This document shows positions 30,482-39,912 of a stretch of 64,000 nucleotides of DNA, piece after piece. This DNA is from Candidatus Poribacteria bacterium. GTDB taxonomy: Bacteria > Poribacteria > WGA-4E > PCPOR2b. The notes beneath the pieces are model-generated. The model was given only the letters and a program-made list of their open reading frames with translations, searched no databases and had not been told where the DNA came from. Location of the stretch: contig OZ244042.1 of assembly GCA_965215015.1 (NCBI GenBank), forward strand, positions 4,288,001 to 4,352,000, read 5' to 3'. A program made the translations under genes and the position numbers. The stretch's first letter is position 1; the number at the start of each line of letters is the position of its first letter.

Positions 30482-31018
30482 GTGCAAGAGCAGGTAATAC
30501 TCGTTGACCGTATGGGCAGGGAAATCGGCACTGAAGAAAAGCTAAAAGCACATCGTGAGGGTAAACTGCATCGTGCATTTTCGATTTTCATTTTCAACGC
30601 TGTAGGGGAATTGCTGCTCCAGAAACGGGCGGAGACAAAATATCACTCGGGTGGCTTGTGGACCAATACTTGCTGCAGCCATCCGCGTCCTGGTGAAAGT
30701 CATTATTACGCGGCGAGACGGCGGCTCAATGAGGAAATGGGTTTTGAGTGTGAATTGACTGGACTTTTCAGTTTTATCTATCATACCAAACTGGAGAATA
30801 ACCTATTTGAACACGAATTAGACCGTGTCTTTGTTGGATACTATGACGGTCAACCAGTGCCCAATCCTGACGAAGTTGATGATTGGAGATGGATGAGCAT
30901 CAACAGGTTGGACCGAGATATTGGAGAAAACCCCAATCATTATACGTACTGGTTCAAGTTGATACTTAATCGTGTCGTCAAACAATACGAGAAAATCAGT
31001 TGTCACGATGAAATCTAA
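30482..31018 (+). CDS. idi: Isopentenyl-diphosphate delta-isomerase, type 1
   Basis: LHRAFS, LWTNTCCSHP, EHE and NPDEV. Confidence 0.96.
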   Translation: MQEQVILVDRMGREIGTEEKLKAHREGKLHRAFSIFIFNAVGELLLQKRAETKYHSGGLWTNTCCSHPRPGESHYYAARRRLNEEMGFECELTGLFSFIYHTKLENNLFEHELDRVFVGYYDGQPVPNPDEVDDWRWMSINRLDRDIGENPNHYTYWFKLILNRVVKQYEKISCHDEI

Positions 31019-31261
31019 TGAATTCGTTCAGGTAAATTTCATAGGTGCGATACTCGGTGATGAAGGCACGTGTGGATAAAGCAAAGATGAAAGCTGCCAT
31101 CACACAGCTATCGTCCGCCAACACGGAAGTGTATGAACGTTTCTTGAAATATGCAGAGCAGATACACTTCCTGAAAGCCAAAATCTTTACGTTCAGACCG
31201 ATTCATGAATTCAAGAAACTAATTCTAAAAGATTTCAGTATTTGCAAAGGGGAAAAGGACA

Positions 31262-32344
31262 ATGGGTTGGCGTGTTGTAGAGCATTTTACGATTTACCGG
31301 GAAGAGGGCTGGTACGGTGCCCATCCCAACGTAGTGCGTACCCCCAGCGGGGATCTGTTAGTTCTATTTCATCGTTCACCATACGTGGGATATTCCCACC
31401 ACAGTCATCCGTTATTTGATGTCCGCGCCTGTCGCTCGGAGGATGAAGGGCGGACTTGGGGTAAACAGCACTTTATTACCGCCGATCCGTTGGGGGGTGT
31501 GCTTGACTTCGGCACCCATACTCTTGTAGATGGGAGTATCTTCCTGCACGCTTCCAATGTTGTGTTAGTTCCTCAAGATGAGGAGCGTGAGAGTGGGGAA
31601 TGGGTCGCTCACGCGGGCATCCCCTTTTGGGTGCGTTCCTACGATAATGGACGGACATGGACCGAGCCGGTGCGTTTCCCACCCGTGCCCGATGCCGTGT
31701 GGGGACATCCCGCGTCTCATTCGGGAATCGCCCGGAGCGGATTGATACGGATGCCGCACGGGCGTTTACTCCTACCGAGCAAGGCGACCGACCACCCTGA
31801 CGGTGCAATGCCTTTCTTTGGCATGTTGCGGGTGTCGAGGGACATGGGGGAGACGTGGGAGTATGGCGGCCGGATTGCGGAAGATCCCGTTGCACACTTC
31901 AGTGAGCCAGCGATCCATCTCACCCCCAGTGGACGGATTATCGTTCTCTTTCGGTGCCATCCTGGACCTGGTGCAGCTAGCCAGGAGGTCTGCTTGGCGT
32001 TGGTCGAATCGAATGATGGTGGGGAGACTTGGTCTCCTTGGCGGCGGACGACAATTCGTGGTTGTCCGGGGCACATGCTCGGATTGCGGGATGGACGAAT
32101 CTTCACCACCGTCGGCACACGATGGCTCGGACAACGGGGCTGCCTCGCGCGTATCGTCGAACCGGAGGGAAGTGATCTGGATACCGCACCGGAGTTTGTC
32201 ATCCGGGGCGATTCACACGATTCAGACTGCGGTTACCCTTGGTCGGTTGAACTTGAAGATGGTCGTGTGTTGGTGGTGTATTATTATGTCTATTCGGATG
32301 GTCATCGCGGCATTGAAGGAACGATTGTCGAGGAGGTCTTGTGA
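31262..32344 (+). CDS. BNR/Asp-box sialidase-like protein
   Basis: Asp boxes SEDEGRTW, SYDNGRTW, SRDMGETW and SNDGGETW; DCGYP. Confidence 0.85.
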   Translation: MGWRVVEHFTIYREEGWYGAHPNVVRTPSGDLLVLFHRSPYVGYSHHSHPLFDVRACRSEDEGRTWGKQHFITADPLGGVLDFGTHTLVDGSIFLHASNVVLVPQDEERESGEWVAHAGIPFWVRSYDNGRTWTEPVRFPPVPDAVWGHPASHSGIARSGLIRMPHGRLLLPSKATDHPDGAMPFFGMLRVSRDMGETWEYGGRIAEDPVAHFSEPAIHLTPSGRIIVLFRCHPGPGAASQEVCLALVESNDGGETWSPWRRTTIRGCPGHMLGLRDGRIFTTVGTRWLGQRGCLARIVEPEGSDLDTAPEFVIRGDSHDSDCGYPWSVELEDGRVLVVYYYVYSDGHRGIEGTIVEEVL

Positions 32345-32423
32345 TAGGTCTAATCAGGTGGTTCAGTTCCGGTCAGTCTTAATTCAAACTGAGCATTGAT
32401 AAGGAAAAGGTATAGGAATAGAT

Positions 32424-33212
32424 ATGAGTGAAACGGTTGATATTAAACTCGCATGTATGAGCCTGATGTGGGGTGGGAATCTACCCAACGAAAAGATGCC
32501 CGGCTGGATTGACGATGTATCGGCGGCGGGCTATACGGGTGTTGCTACATTTGAGAGAGAGTTGCTTCGGTTTACTGAACAGACGGACTTCGTCGAGAGG
32601 ATAGCTGACTATGGGTTTCCATTGGTAAGCGTCGATCTCTTCATTGACCGGGATTTTGATAGGATCAACCGTGTCTGCGAGGTTATGCAACAGCTCGGTG
32701 CGAAGCATCTGGTGACGATAGGCGGTTTGGCACAGAAGGGGGCAGACATGAATGAAATCGCTGACCTGCTGAACCAGATTGGCGAAATTGCACAGACCTA
32801 CGACGTCCGTGCCTGCTTTCACAACCACACCCACCACACCGGCGAGACATTGGAGGAAACTGAGGCACTGTTACACAAAACAGATCCCGTTAAGTTCTTC
32901 GGTTTCTTGGATGTCGGACACGCGACAAAGGATTTCGTGGGGTACCCAGTGGAACAGCGTGCGTCAATGTTCCTTGAGCGCAACTGGGATCGGATCGATT
33001 TTCTGGAGTTCAAGGATTGGCATGAGGATTCCGACTTAAAGACGGAGGTCGGTGCCGGACGCTGTGACTATGAGCGTGTATTTCGGATTTTAAAGGAGAA
33101 AAGTTATTCGGGTTGGATTACGGTGGAGCAGAATGGACCGATGGGAGAGAAGACCCCATTGGAATGCGCTAAAGCGAGTCGAGATTTTATCCAGCAAGGC
33201 TTAGGTGTTTGA
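32424..33212 (+). CDS. Sugar phosphate isomerase/epimerase (IolE-like TIM barrel)
   Basis: FHNH, LDVGH, KD and YSGWITVEQ. Confidence 0.85.
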   Translation: MSETVDIKLACMSLMWGGNLPNEKMPGWIDDVSAAGYTGVATFERELLRFTEQTDFVERIADYGFPLVSVDLFIDRDFDRINRVCEVMQQLGAKHLVTIGGLAQKGADMNEIADLLNQIGEIAQTYDVRACFHNHTHHTGETLEETEALLHKTDPVKFFGFLDVGHATKDFVGYPVEQRASMFLERNWDRIDFLEFKDWHEDSDLKTEVGAGRCDYERVFRILKEKSYSGWITVEQNGPMGEKTPLECAKASRDFIQQGLGV

Positions 33213-34382
33213 CTTTCTATTGATTAGTTCATAAACCGTGATATTTTCCCATTTCCGTTTTGTTCTATGGGTTGTTACCCGCTTCTTAAATCGGTTCAAA
33301 ATTGTTAAGTGAGCAGCGTCAATCATCGCTTCAAGGCGAGCGATCGCTTTTGCACCGGAAGCGTCCGCATACCCGATGAGCACACGCCCCTCTGGATTGA
33401 GGTAACTAGGGAGGTCGTCGAAAAAACGGCGAAGAGTATTCTGTTTTTCATCGTGGATGGCAATTTCCGCCCGATTTCGTGCCCGTGAGACCACCCATGG
33501 TGCGTTGAATATAATGAGATCAAAACGGAGCGTTGACACCGGCTGGAAGAGATCACCTGCTGGCATGAGGTGGATTTTCGACGCGGTACTATGCGTATCA
33601 GTAAAACGTAGAAGATTGAGCCGAGTTGTGGCAACCGCTTCAGGCAGCAGATCTGATGCGTAGATTTTCACCTTCAGATTGCTTACTTCCTTCGCAGCGA
33701 GCAGTGTGAGACACCCGCACCCACACCCCATATCGAGCACCGTTGTATCGTGCGATAGGTGCCGTTTGACACTTTGCAAACCGCGCTGAAACAGTTCGAC
33801 CGTTTCTTGAGAATGGGGTGGAAACACATTCTCGGGGGCACGCAGCGACACGCCGAGTGCACGAATTGGATAAACCGCTGCGAGTGCCCTTTGAATTTTC
33901 TGAATCCTAATAGTAGGGATTAGAAACGGGCATCCTTCATTTGCATCGTGATTTTCGCCGACCCATTCAAGAAGGTAGGGTAGATTTGGCGGCGGGGTTA
34001 CTTGTAGTATTCCGGCTGGGTCTGCCCAGCACATTAAACGTGACAGTGGATCTTGTGTGGGATTTACATTCGCCAACCTCGAATGGGATTTACGTCTGCC
34101 TTTGTCCCGACCAGTCCTTTTTCTCCCTCGTCCACTCTCGCCAGATGGACGAATCAACTCACCTTTTTTTCGATGAATGTACTCCATCACCCCTGTTACC
34201 TGTTCCCAGCCGCCGGACAGGATTGCCACGCCACCGCGGCGTAAGTGGGTAAAAATCTGATTGAATTGCCCCAACTCACTGTGTGTGAATAGCTTCCATG
34301 AAATGTCATCTGAGGCAATTTCTCGAAATTGGGTCGGCACGTAAACATCACCGATGCCGACTATCCGGCGAAATGGAGACAT
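33201..34382 (-). CDS. Class I SAM-dependent methyltransferase (HemK/MTS-like)
   Basis: VLDMGCGCG, GDLF and FDLIIFNAPW. Confidence 0.85.
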   Translation of the reverse strand: MSPFRRIVGIGDVYVPTQFREIASDDISWKLFTHSELGQFNQIFTHLRRGGVAILSGGWEQVTGVMEYIHRKKGELIRPSGESGRGRKRTGRDKGRRKSHSRLANVNPTQDPLSRLMCWADPAGILQVTPPPNLPYLLEWVGENHDANEGCPFLIPTIRIQKIQRALAAVYPIRALGVSLRAPENVFPPHSQETVELFQRGLQSVKRHLSHDTTVLDMGCGCGCLTLLAAKEVSNLKVKIYASDLLPEAVATTRLNLLRFTDTHSTASKIHLMPAGDLFQPVSTLRFDLIIFNAPWVVSRARNRAEIAIHDEKQNTLRRFFDDLPSYLNPEGRVLIGYADASGAKAIARLEAMIDAAHLTILNRFKKRVTTHRTKRKWENITVYELINRKSNT

Positions 34383-34422
34383 AATAGGTGGAGATGGTTA
34401 AGGGATATCTTTTCTCTGGCGG

Positions 34423-35748
34423 TTAGATGAGCCAGATATACCGAGCCACGAAAAGTACGGCGAAGAGGTAAATTAGCCAATGCACCTGCCTCCCTTGACG
34501 GGTGACCAGTTTTAGCAGGGCGTAGAAGATGAACCCAAACGCAATCCCTTCCGTGATACTGATGGTGAGGGGCATCAGCAACAGGGTCAGAAATGCAGGG
34601 ATGGACTCTGTCACGTCGTCCCAATCGATGGAGACGACATTTTTGAGCATTAGGCTCCCAATGATAATCAGTGCCGGAGCAACTATGGGATAGAGGAAGG
34701 TATTTTCGGCGATGGGGTATCCTGCCCCTACCATCTTGATTAGCGGATTGAAGAATAGGGTGAGCAGCATCAAAATTGCTGTCACAATGTTGGTTAAGCC
34801 GGTGCGTCCTCCCGCAGAGATTCCGGACGCACTCTCGATGTAGCTGGTAACCGTTGATGTGCCGAGAAGGGCACCTGCGCTTGTGGCGACCGCATCGGAA
34901 AGCAGTGCCTGCCTTGCTTTCGGTAGTTTTCCATCAACCATAAAGCCACCTTGTTCACCGACACCAACCAGTGTTCCAACGGTATCGAACAAATCTAGAA
35001 AGATAAAGATAAAAATTATTGAAATTAGCTTGGGATCTACGAGAATGTTTGGGATTTGAAGTTTGAGGAAGGTTGGGGCAATAGATGGCGGGGCGGAAAC
35101 AACCCCTTGAAATTTGACCATGCCGGTGATGAGACCAACAATGGTTGAAGCGAGAATGCCGATCAGGATTGCACCGCGCACTTTTAGGGCGAACAGGATA
35201 GCAATCACGACGACTCCGAACAACGAGAGCAGTGCCGGGGGCGATTTCAGATCGCCGAGGGTGACATAGGTCGCCGGATGGGCGGCGATAAGCCCCGCCC
35301 ATTCCAAGCCCACGAGCGCGATGAGCAACCCAATTCCGGCAGGAATGGCGTTTCTCAATGAAACAGGCAGAATAGTCATCACCTTTTCGCGCAAACCGAC
35401 AAAGAAGAGCAAGATAAACAGTACCCCTGCAATGAAAACAGCACCGAGCGCGTTTTGCCACGATATACCAAGGGTGAGACAGACTGTGAAGGTAAAATAG
35501 AAGTTATGTCCCATCCCCGGTGCAAGGGCAATGGGATAGTTGGCGAGGAGTGCCATCAGCACCATTGCCAATGCACTTGTGATGCAGGTTGCTGCCATCA
35601 CCGCACCAGGATCCATCCCCGCTGTTGACAGTACCGCCGGTTGGACGAAGATAATATACGAAAGCGTCATGAACGTTGTGCAGCCTGCAACAATTTCACG
35701 TTTAACAGTCGTTCCTGACTCTTGTAAATGAAACCACTTTTCCAGCAT
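34423..35748 (-). CDS. NCS2/AzgA purine permease
   Basis: REIVAG.TTFMT.SYI, APGMG, DLFDTVGT and YIESASGI.AGGRTGLT. Confidence 0.94.
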   Translation of the reverse strand: MLEKWFHLQESGTTVKREIVAGCTTFMTLSYIIFVQPAVLSTAGMDPGAVMAATCITSALAMVLMALLANYPIALAPGMGHNFYFTFTVCLTLGISWQNALGAVFIAGVLFILLFFVGLREKVMTILPVSLRNAIPAGIGLLIALVGLEWAGLIAAHPATYVTLGDLKSPPALLSLFGVVVIAILFALKVRGAILIGILASTIVGLITGMVKFQGVVSAPPSIAPTFLKLQIPNILVDPKLISIIFIFIFLDLFDTVGTLVGVGEQGGFMVDGKLPKARQALLSDAVATSAGALLGTSTVTSYIESASGISAGGRTGLTNIVTAILMLLTLFFNPLIKMVGAGYPIAENTFLYPIVAPALIIIGSLMLKNVVSIDWDDVTESIPAFLTLLLMPLTISITEGIAFGFIFYALLKLVTRQGRQVHWLIYLFAVLFVARYIWLI

Positions 35749-35820
35749 TGATTACCTCCTTGAACGGATGTGAGGTGAGTCCTAAAAACTGAGTGTGAAC
35801 ACGAAATATGTGGTATGAGC

Positions 35821-36130
35821 TAGGACATGTTAACATTTTGCTGTCATCAGTTCGGGAAACGCTGTAACCATTGGGTGATTCGCCAGCGACCGAGGCGGTT
35901 ATCCGAAATCACCTCAGGCGGTCGAGATTCATATCTCGACACCCAAATGTTACTTTGAATCCCGATCACATCATCAGGGTAGATGTTGAAAAATTGATCT
36001 GCTGAAGTTGGTTTCACCCGATTTATCTATCAGCGAGTGTTGTTGAAAGGCGGAATTTCTATTGGGGTTGATAGGGACTCGTTTTAACCGTTCAACCCAA
36101 CCTACACTCCTGTCAAATGTCACCAGAACC
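35821..36130. mobile_element. Composite family-C element
   Basis: Ends TAGGACATGTTAACATTT and CAAATGTCACCAGAACC. Carries the 254-type hairpin and the inverted 3823 module. Confidence 0.65.
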
Positions 36131-36155
36131 GAATTCTGTGAGGACATGTTCTAAG

Positions 36156-37577
36156 TTAAGGTCGTCTGCTTTGCGTTAATTGTTCCAATACATCTTTCAA
36201 TCCCAAACTTAAAACAACAGGGTATTCTTCCGCATCCGTCAACCTTTTATAAGGTTCAGGCAGCTTTGCCAGCTCGGTTTTGGTTTTTGCCTGCATTGCA
36301 GCTAAGTCAGAGAACGAATAGACTAACTCCCCTTTGAGAACTATCGGCACAAGCAGCGGTTCACCGTCTTGCAGGTCTTCAGCCCAAAGGCTGATCACAT
36401 CCTTAACATAATTTCCCTCAGCATCGTATAGGCGATGGAGCTGCTTCCTACTAGGCAGGGTTGATTTGCCTGTATCCTCACTGAACTTCACAGTGGCAGT
36501 CGCTTGCTCGTCCTCAATTCGCTCAACATGCTTGTAGACGCCGGGCAGTGCCGAGGGACCTCCTTCACCAGTCAGCGGATTGAAATTTGCTCCCGTTGCC
36601 AAACGGGTGCCGACGCCAAAGCTGTCAATCGGGGCCCCTTGAGCCAATAGTTGATCAATCTGAAATTCGTCAAGGTCGTTGCTGGCAAAGATTTGTAGGT
36701 CAGTCAGTCCTGCTTCATCGAAAATCTCTCTTACTGCTTTGCTCAGTGCCAGCAGATTGCCGCTATCAAGCCGAACACCTCTCAGTTGTGCACCTCTTGC
36801 CTGCATCTCCTTCCCAACAGCACAGGCATTCTTTGCTCCCTGAATTGTGTCATAGGTATCGATCAGCAGGAGGGTGTTATGGGGGAAAGATCTGGCATAG
36901 TCTCGAAAAGCCTCGAGCTCGGATGGACGATCCATGATGAATTTGTGTGCAACTGTTCCGATATAGGGGATGTTGAAGTATTGTCCCGCAATGACTAGGG
37001 AAGTACCGGCAGCACCTCCGATGAAGGACGCTCGGGCAGCCAGAATGCCGGCATCCCGCCCATGCGCCCTGCGCGCCCCAAAATCGAAGCAGGTTCGTCC
37101 GCGCGCTGCATGAACGATTCGTGCCGTTTTCGTGGCGATTAGCGTCTGGAAATTCATGATGTTGAGGAGATAGGTCTCGAAGATCTGGATGTCAATTGAT
37201 CTGCCTGTTACATTGATCAGCGGTTCGTTTGCAAAAACGAGTGTTCCTTCAGGCACCGCATAGACATCGCCCTCGAATTTGAAGTGGCGCAGATAATCGA
37301 GGAAGTCATCGCTCATATCCGGCGTCGGTTTGCTTTCCTTCAGCCATTGGAGGTCTGCATCAGTAAATCGCAGGTTCAATATGTAGTGGATTACCTGTTC
37401 CAACCCTGCCGCTATCAGATACTCGCCCTGCGGGATAAATCGGACGAAGTAGTTCTCAGTGCAGATTGCGTTGTTCCCACTGTCGAAATCAGCTTTGCCC
37501 ATTGTGAGCTCGTAATAGTCAGCGAACAACGCCATATTCGATTCAGTGAGGAGGCCCGATTGGAGTGCTTTGGTCAT
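36156..37577 (-). CDS. pncB: Nicotinate phosphoribosyltransferase
   Basis: DYYELTM, DFGARRAH, LIDTYDT, GVRLDSG and FGVGT. Confidence 0.95.
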   Translation of the reverse strand: MTKALQSGLLTESNMALFADYYELTMGKADFDSGNNAICTENYFVRFIPQGEYLIAAGLEQVIHYILNLRFTDADLQWLKESKPTPDMSDDFLDYLRHFKFEGDVYAVPEGTLVFANEPLINVTGRSIDIQIFETYLLNIMNFQTLIATKTARIVHAARGRTCFDFGARRAHGRDAGILAARASFIGGAAGTSLVIAGQYFNIPYIGTVAHKFIMDRPSELEAFRDYARSFPHNTLLLIDTYDTIQGAKNACAVGKEMQARGAQLRGVRLDSGNLLALSKAVREIFDEAGLTDLQIFASNDLDEFQIDQLLAQGAPIDSFGVGTRLATGANFNPLTGEGGPSALPGVYKHVERIEDEQATATVKFSEDTGKSTLPSRKQLHRLYDAEGNYVKDVISLWAEDLQDGEPLLVPIVLKGELVYSFSDLAAMQAKTKTELAKLPEPYKRLTDAEEYPVVLSLGLKDVLEQLTQSRRP

Positions 37578-37597
37578 CGTTCAGTTCCCGTGGCTTA

Positions 37598-39037
37598 TCA
37601 GTTGAACTGTTGGAGTTTCTGCTGTAACCATTGCGTCATTGGTCCCACCGCCGGATCGCATACCTCAATCATGCGGCCGGGTAGAGGTTGTCCCAACAAT
37701 CCCTCTACTTCCGCTCGGCAAGCCTTGACGACAGCTGGATGATCTCCTACTACATTGTGAATTTCTGCGGGGTCGTCTGTCAAGTCGAACAGTTCATCTC
37801 CGTCCGGGGCATCATAGCCGACAGCGGTGCAGAAATTCCAGCGTTCATCTCTTACGCTGACACGACCTTGTGCGTTGCCCGTTGCGAAATCTGCCCAACC
37901 GATAATAATTCGGTCACGAATGGAAGCCTGTTTTCCAGTCACCAATTGCCAGAAATCCTTTCCATCTGTCCAATCGCACGGAATCCCAAGTTGGTGTAGC
38001 AAAGTCGGCATCAGGTCGTGGTTTTGGACAAACGCAGCAACCTCTTGACTTTGCTGTGTCCCTGGGCGACGGATCAACAGGTTCAATTGGGTGTTGAATG
38101 GATGCAGTTGATCGGGACCTTTTCCGAAGCGTCCTTGGTCGCGGAGTTGGGTGCCGTGGTCGGAAAGAACCACTACCAGTGTGTCGTCGCGTAACTTTAA
38201 TTCCTCTATTTTGGAGAGCATCCATCCAATACATTTATCAACGAAAGTAACTTCGCCAAGATAGAGTGCTTCAATCCGTCGGAGTTCGTCTTCTGCTGGA
38301 TTGCCTGTTTCATACGCTGCACCCTGCGTGATGAAATCCTTACCCGAATAGTCGGAGAGATATGCGTCTGCGTAGCCGGGGGGCGGATCCCACGGTTCGT
38401 GCGGATCGAAACTGTCTATCCATAGGAAGAAGGGACTCGCTGTGTGGTTGGCGTCGAGCCATTCACAAGCAGATCGAAACACGCGGGCGCAACTGTAATC
38501 ATCTTCGGAACGCCGATGTCGTTGATTGAGCAGGTAATTAACTAATCCCGCGTGGTGCTGCCAGTTAATAGGTTCCCTGACATGCTGTTTCAGTTGATCT
38601 TCAATCAACCGCGGATCGCCGCTTCGCCAGTTGTCCGATTCCTGTCCCCGGATAAAATCCAAGTGTGCAAACCCGCGTGAGAAGTTCATTGTGGGTTTAA
38701 ACATGTGGTAGGTATCAGCAATCAGTGCTGTCAGATAGCCTCGCGCTAGCAGGACTTCAGCAATTGTATCTTGCTCTGGGGGGATTTTATGCCAGCCGGC
38801 TGCATGGTGCCAGTGTCCCCGGCGGTCAAAGTTGAATCGCCACGGAAAACTTCTCATACCGGTGAACAATCCGCGACGTATTTGAAGCGTGGGTTGACCT
38901 TCCCCAAACGCCCGCGTAAAGCGGATACTTTCCCCCGCAAGCGCATCTAGGTTGGGCGTTTGGACATGGCTATATTTTTTGCCCGGTCCGATAATGTCGG
39001 CTCGGAATGTGTCTAAACAAACGCAAATGATGTTCAT
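37598..39037 (-). CDS. Sulfatase-like alkaline phosphatase superfamily hydrolase
   Basis: LDTFRAD, FDPHEPWDPP, SDHG and ELFDL..DP.E. The nucleophile site reads PTLQIR. Confidence 0.88.
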   Translation of the reverse strand: MNIICVCLDTFRADIIGPGKKYSHVQTPNLDALAGESIRFTRAFGEGQPTLQIRRGLFTGMRSFPWRFNFDRRGHWHHAAGWHKIPPEQDTIAEVLLARGYLTALIADTYHMFKPTMNFSRGFAHLDFIRGQESDNWRSGDPRLIEDQLKQHVREPINWQHHAGLVNYLLNQRHRRSEDDYSCARVFRSACEWLDANHTASPFFLWIDSFDPHEPWDPPPGYADAYLSDYSGKDFITQGAAYETGNPAEDELRRIEALYLGEVTFVDKCIGWMLSKIEELKLRDDTLVVVLSDHGTQLRDQGRFGKGPDQLHPFNTQLNLLIRRPGTQQSQEVAAFVQNHDLMPTLLHQLGIPCDWTDGKDFWQLVTGKQASIRDRIIIGWADFATGNAQGRVSVRDERWNFCTAVGYDAPDGDELFDLTDDPAEIHNVVGDHPAVVKACRAEVEGLLGQPLPGRMIEVCDPAVGPMTQWLQQKLQQFN

Positions 39038-39042
39038 TTTTC

Positions 39043-39867
39043 CTATGAAGCCTCCTCCCATGCCCGACGGACGAAGGGGACAGCTTTTTCAAATCCCGCT
39101 TCCCCTGTACGGCTCGCCTCCTCGATGCTCAACCAGCCGTCAAAGCCGTTGCGCTTCAAAATGGAGAAAACTTGCCTTATAGGGGAAGCTCCAGTGCCAA
39201 CAAGGACTGTCTCAAATTCGCCTGGGGTGCGGATATCAAACACATGAACGACTGCGATTCTGTCAATGACAGCTTCTAACAGCACTATCGGATCTTCTCG
39301 GAGGACCAGAGAATTTGCGGTGTCAAAGCAGACCTTGAGGGAGGTATCCGCAAGATTGTTGAGAATTTCCAAGAAAATCTCGTTAGGTTGTGAGAAGTCC
39401 CAATATTGCCAAGGCGCGCCCTTGGTGTGATTTTCGTAGACTAAGGTCACTCCCAAGCTATCTGCTTCATCGACCACTTGGCGAAGCCCATTAACTGCCC
39501 AGTAGATTCCCTGCTCCCGATCGGTGCCGGGGTGATTTTGTCCGGCGGTTACACGGGCGTATTTGGCACCGAGTGCCTTTGTCAGTTGCACATCTGCTTT
39601 CATCTGTGTTATCTCTTGTGCACGCTGATCGGCGTCTGGATGTGTGAAATCAGGATAACACGCCAATGCACAAAACTCAATACCAATTTTTTGCCCTTCC
39701 GCAGTGATGGTGTTAAGGGTATCCTTCTCTCGGTTTGGGAAGAATTTTACGCTGAAGTCAACCCCTTCTAGCCCAAGGGCAGCGGCAAAATGAATCCAAT
39801 CGATAACAGATTTCTTGCCGCTGAAGATGTCTTCGTAGAGTGAAACGGGTATACAGCTGAGTTTCAT
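39043..39867 (-). CDS. Sugar phosphate isomerase/epimerase
   Basis: YENH, FDTAN and FDGWLSIEE. Confidence 0.87.
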   Translation of the reverse strand: MKLSCIPVSLYEDIFSGKKSVIDWIHFAAALGLEGVDFSVKFFPNREKDTLNTITAEGQKIGIEFCALACYPDFTHPDADQRAQEITQMKADVQLTKALGAKYARVTAGQNHPGTDREQGIYWAVNGLRQVVDEADSLGVTLVYENHTKGAPWQYWDFSQPNEIFLEILNNLADTSLKVCFDTANSLVLREDPIVLLEAVIDRIAVVHVFDIRTPGEFETVLVGTGASPIRQVFSILKRNGFDGWLSIEEASRTGEAGFEKAVPFVRRAWEEAS

Positions 39868-39912
39868 AGTTGAACCTTCATTTTTATAGGATGTGATAGA
39901 AGGATAGGTGAA

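Noticed and set aside
35749-36150. Purine riboswitch upstream of the NCS2 permease
   Set aside because: Aptamer signatures were not found; the hairpins belong to dispersed repeats.
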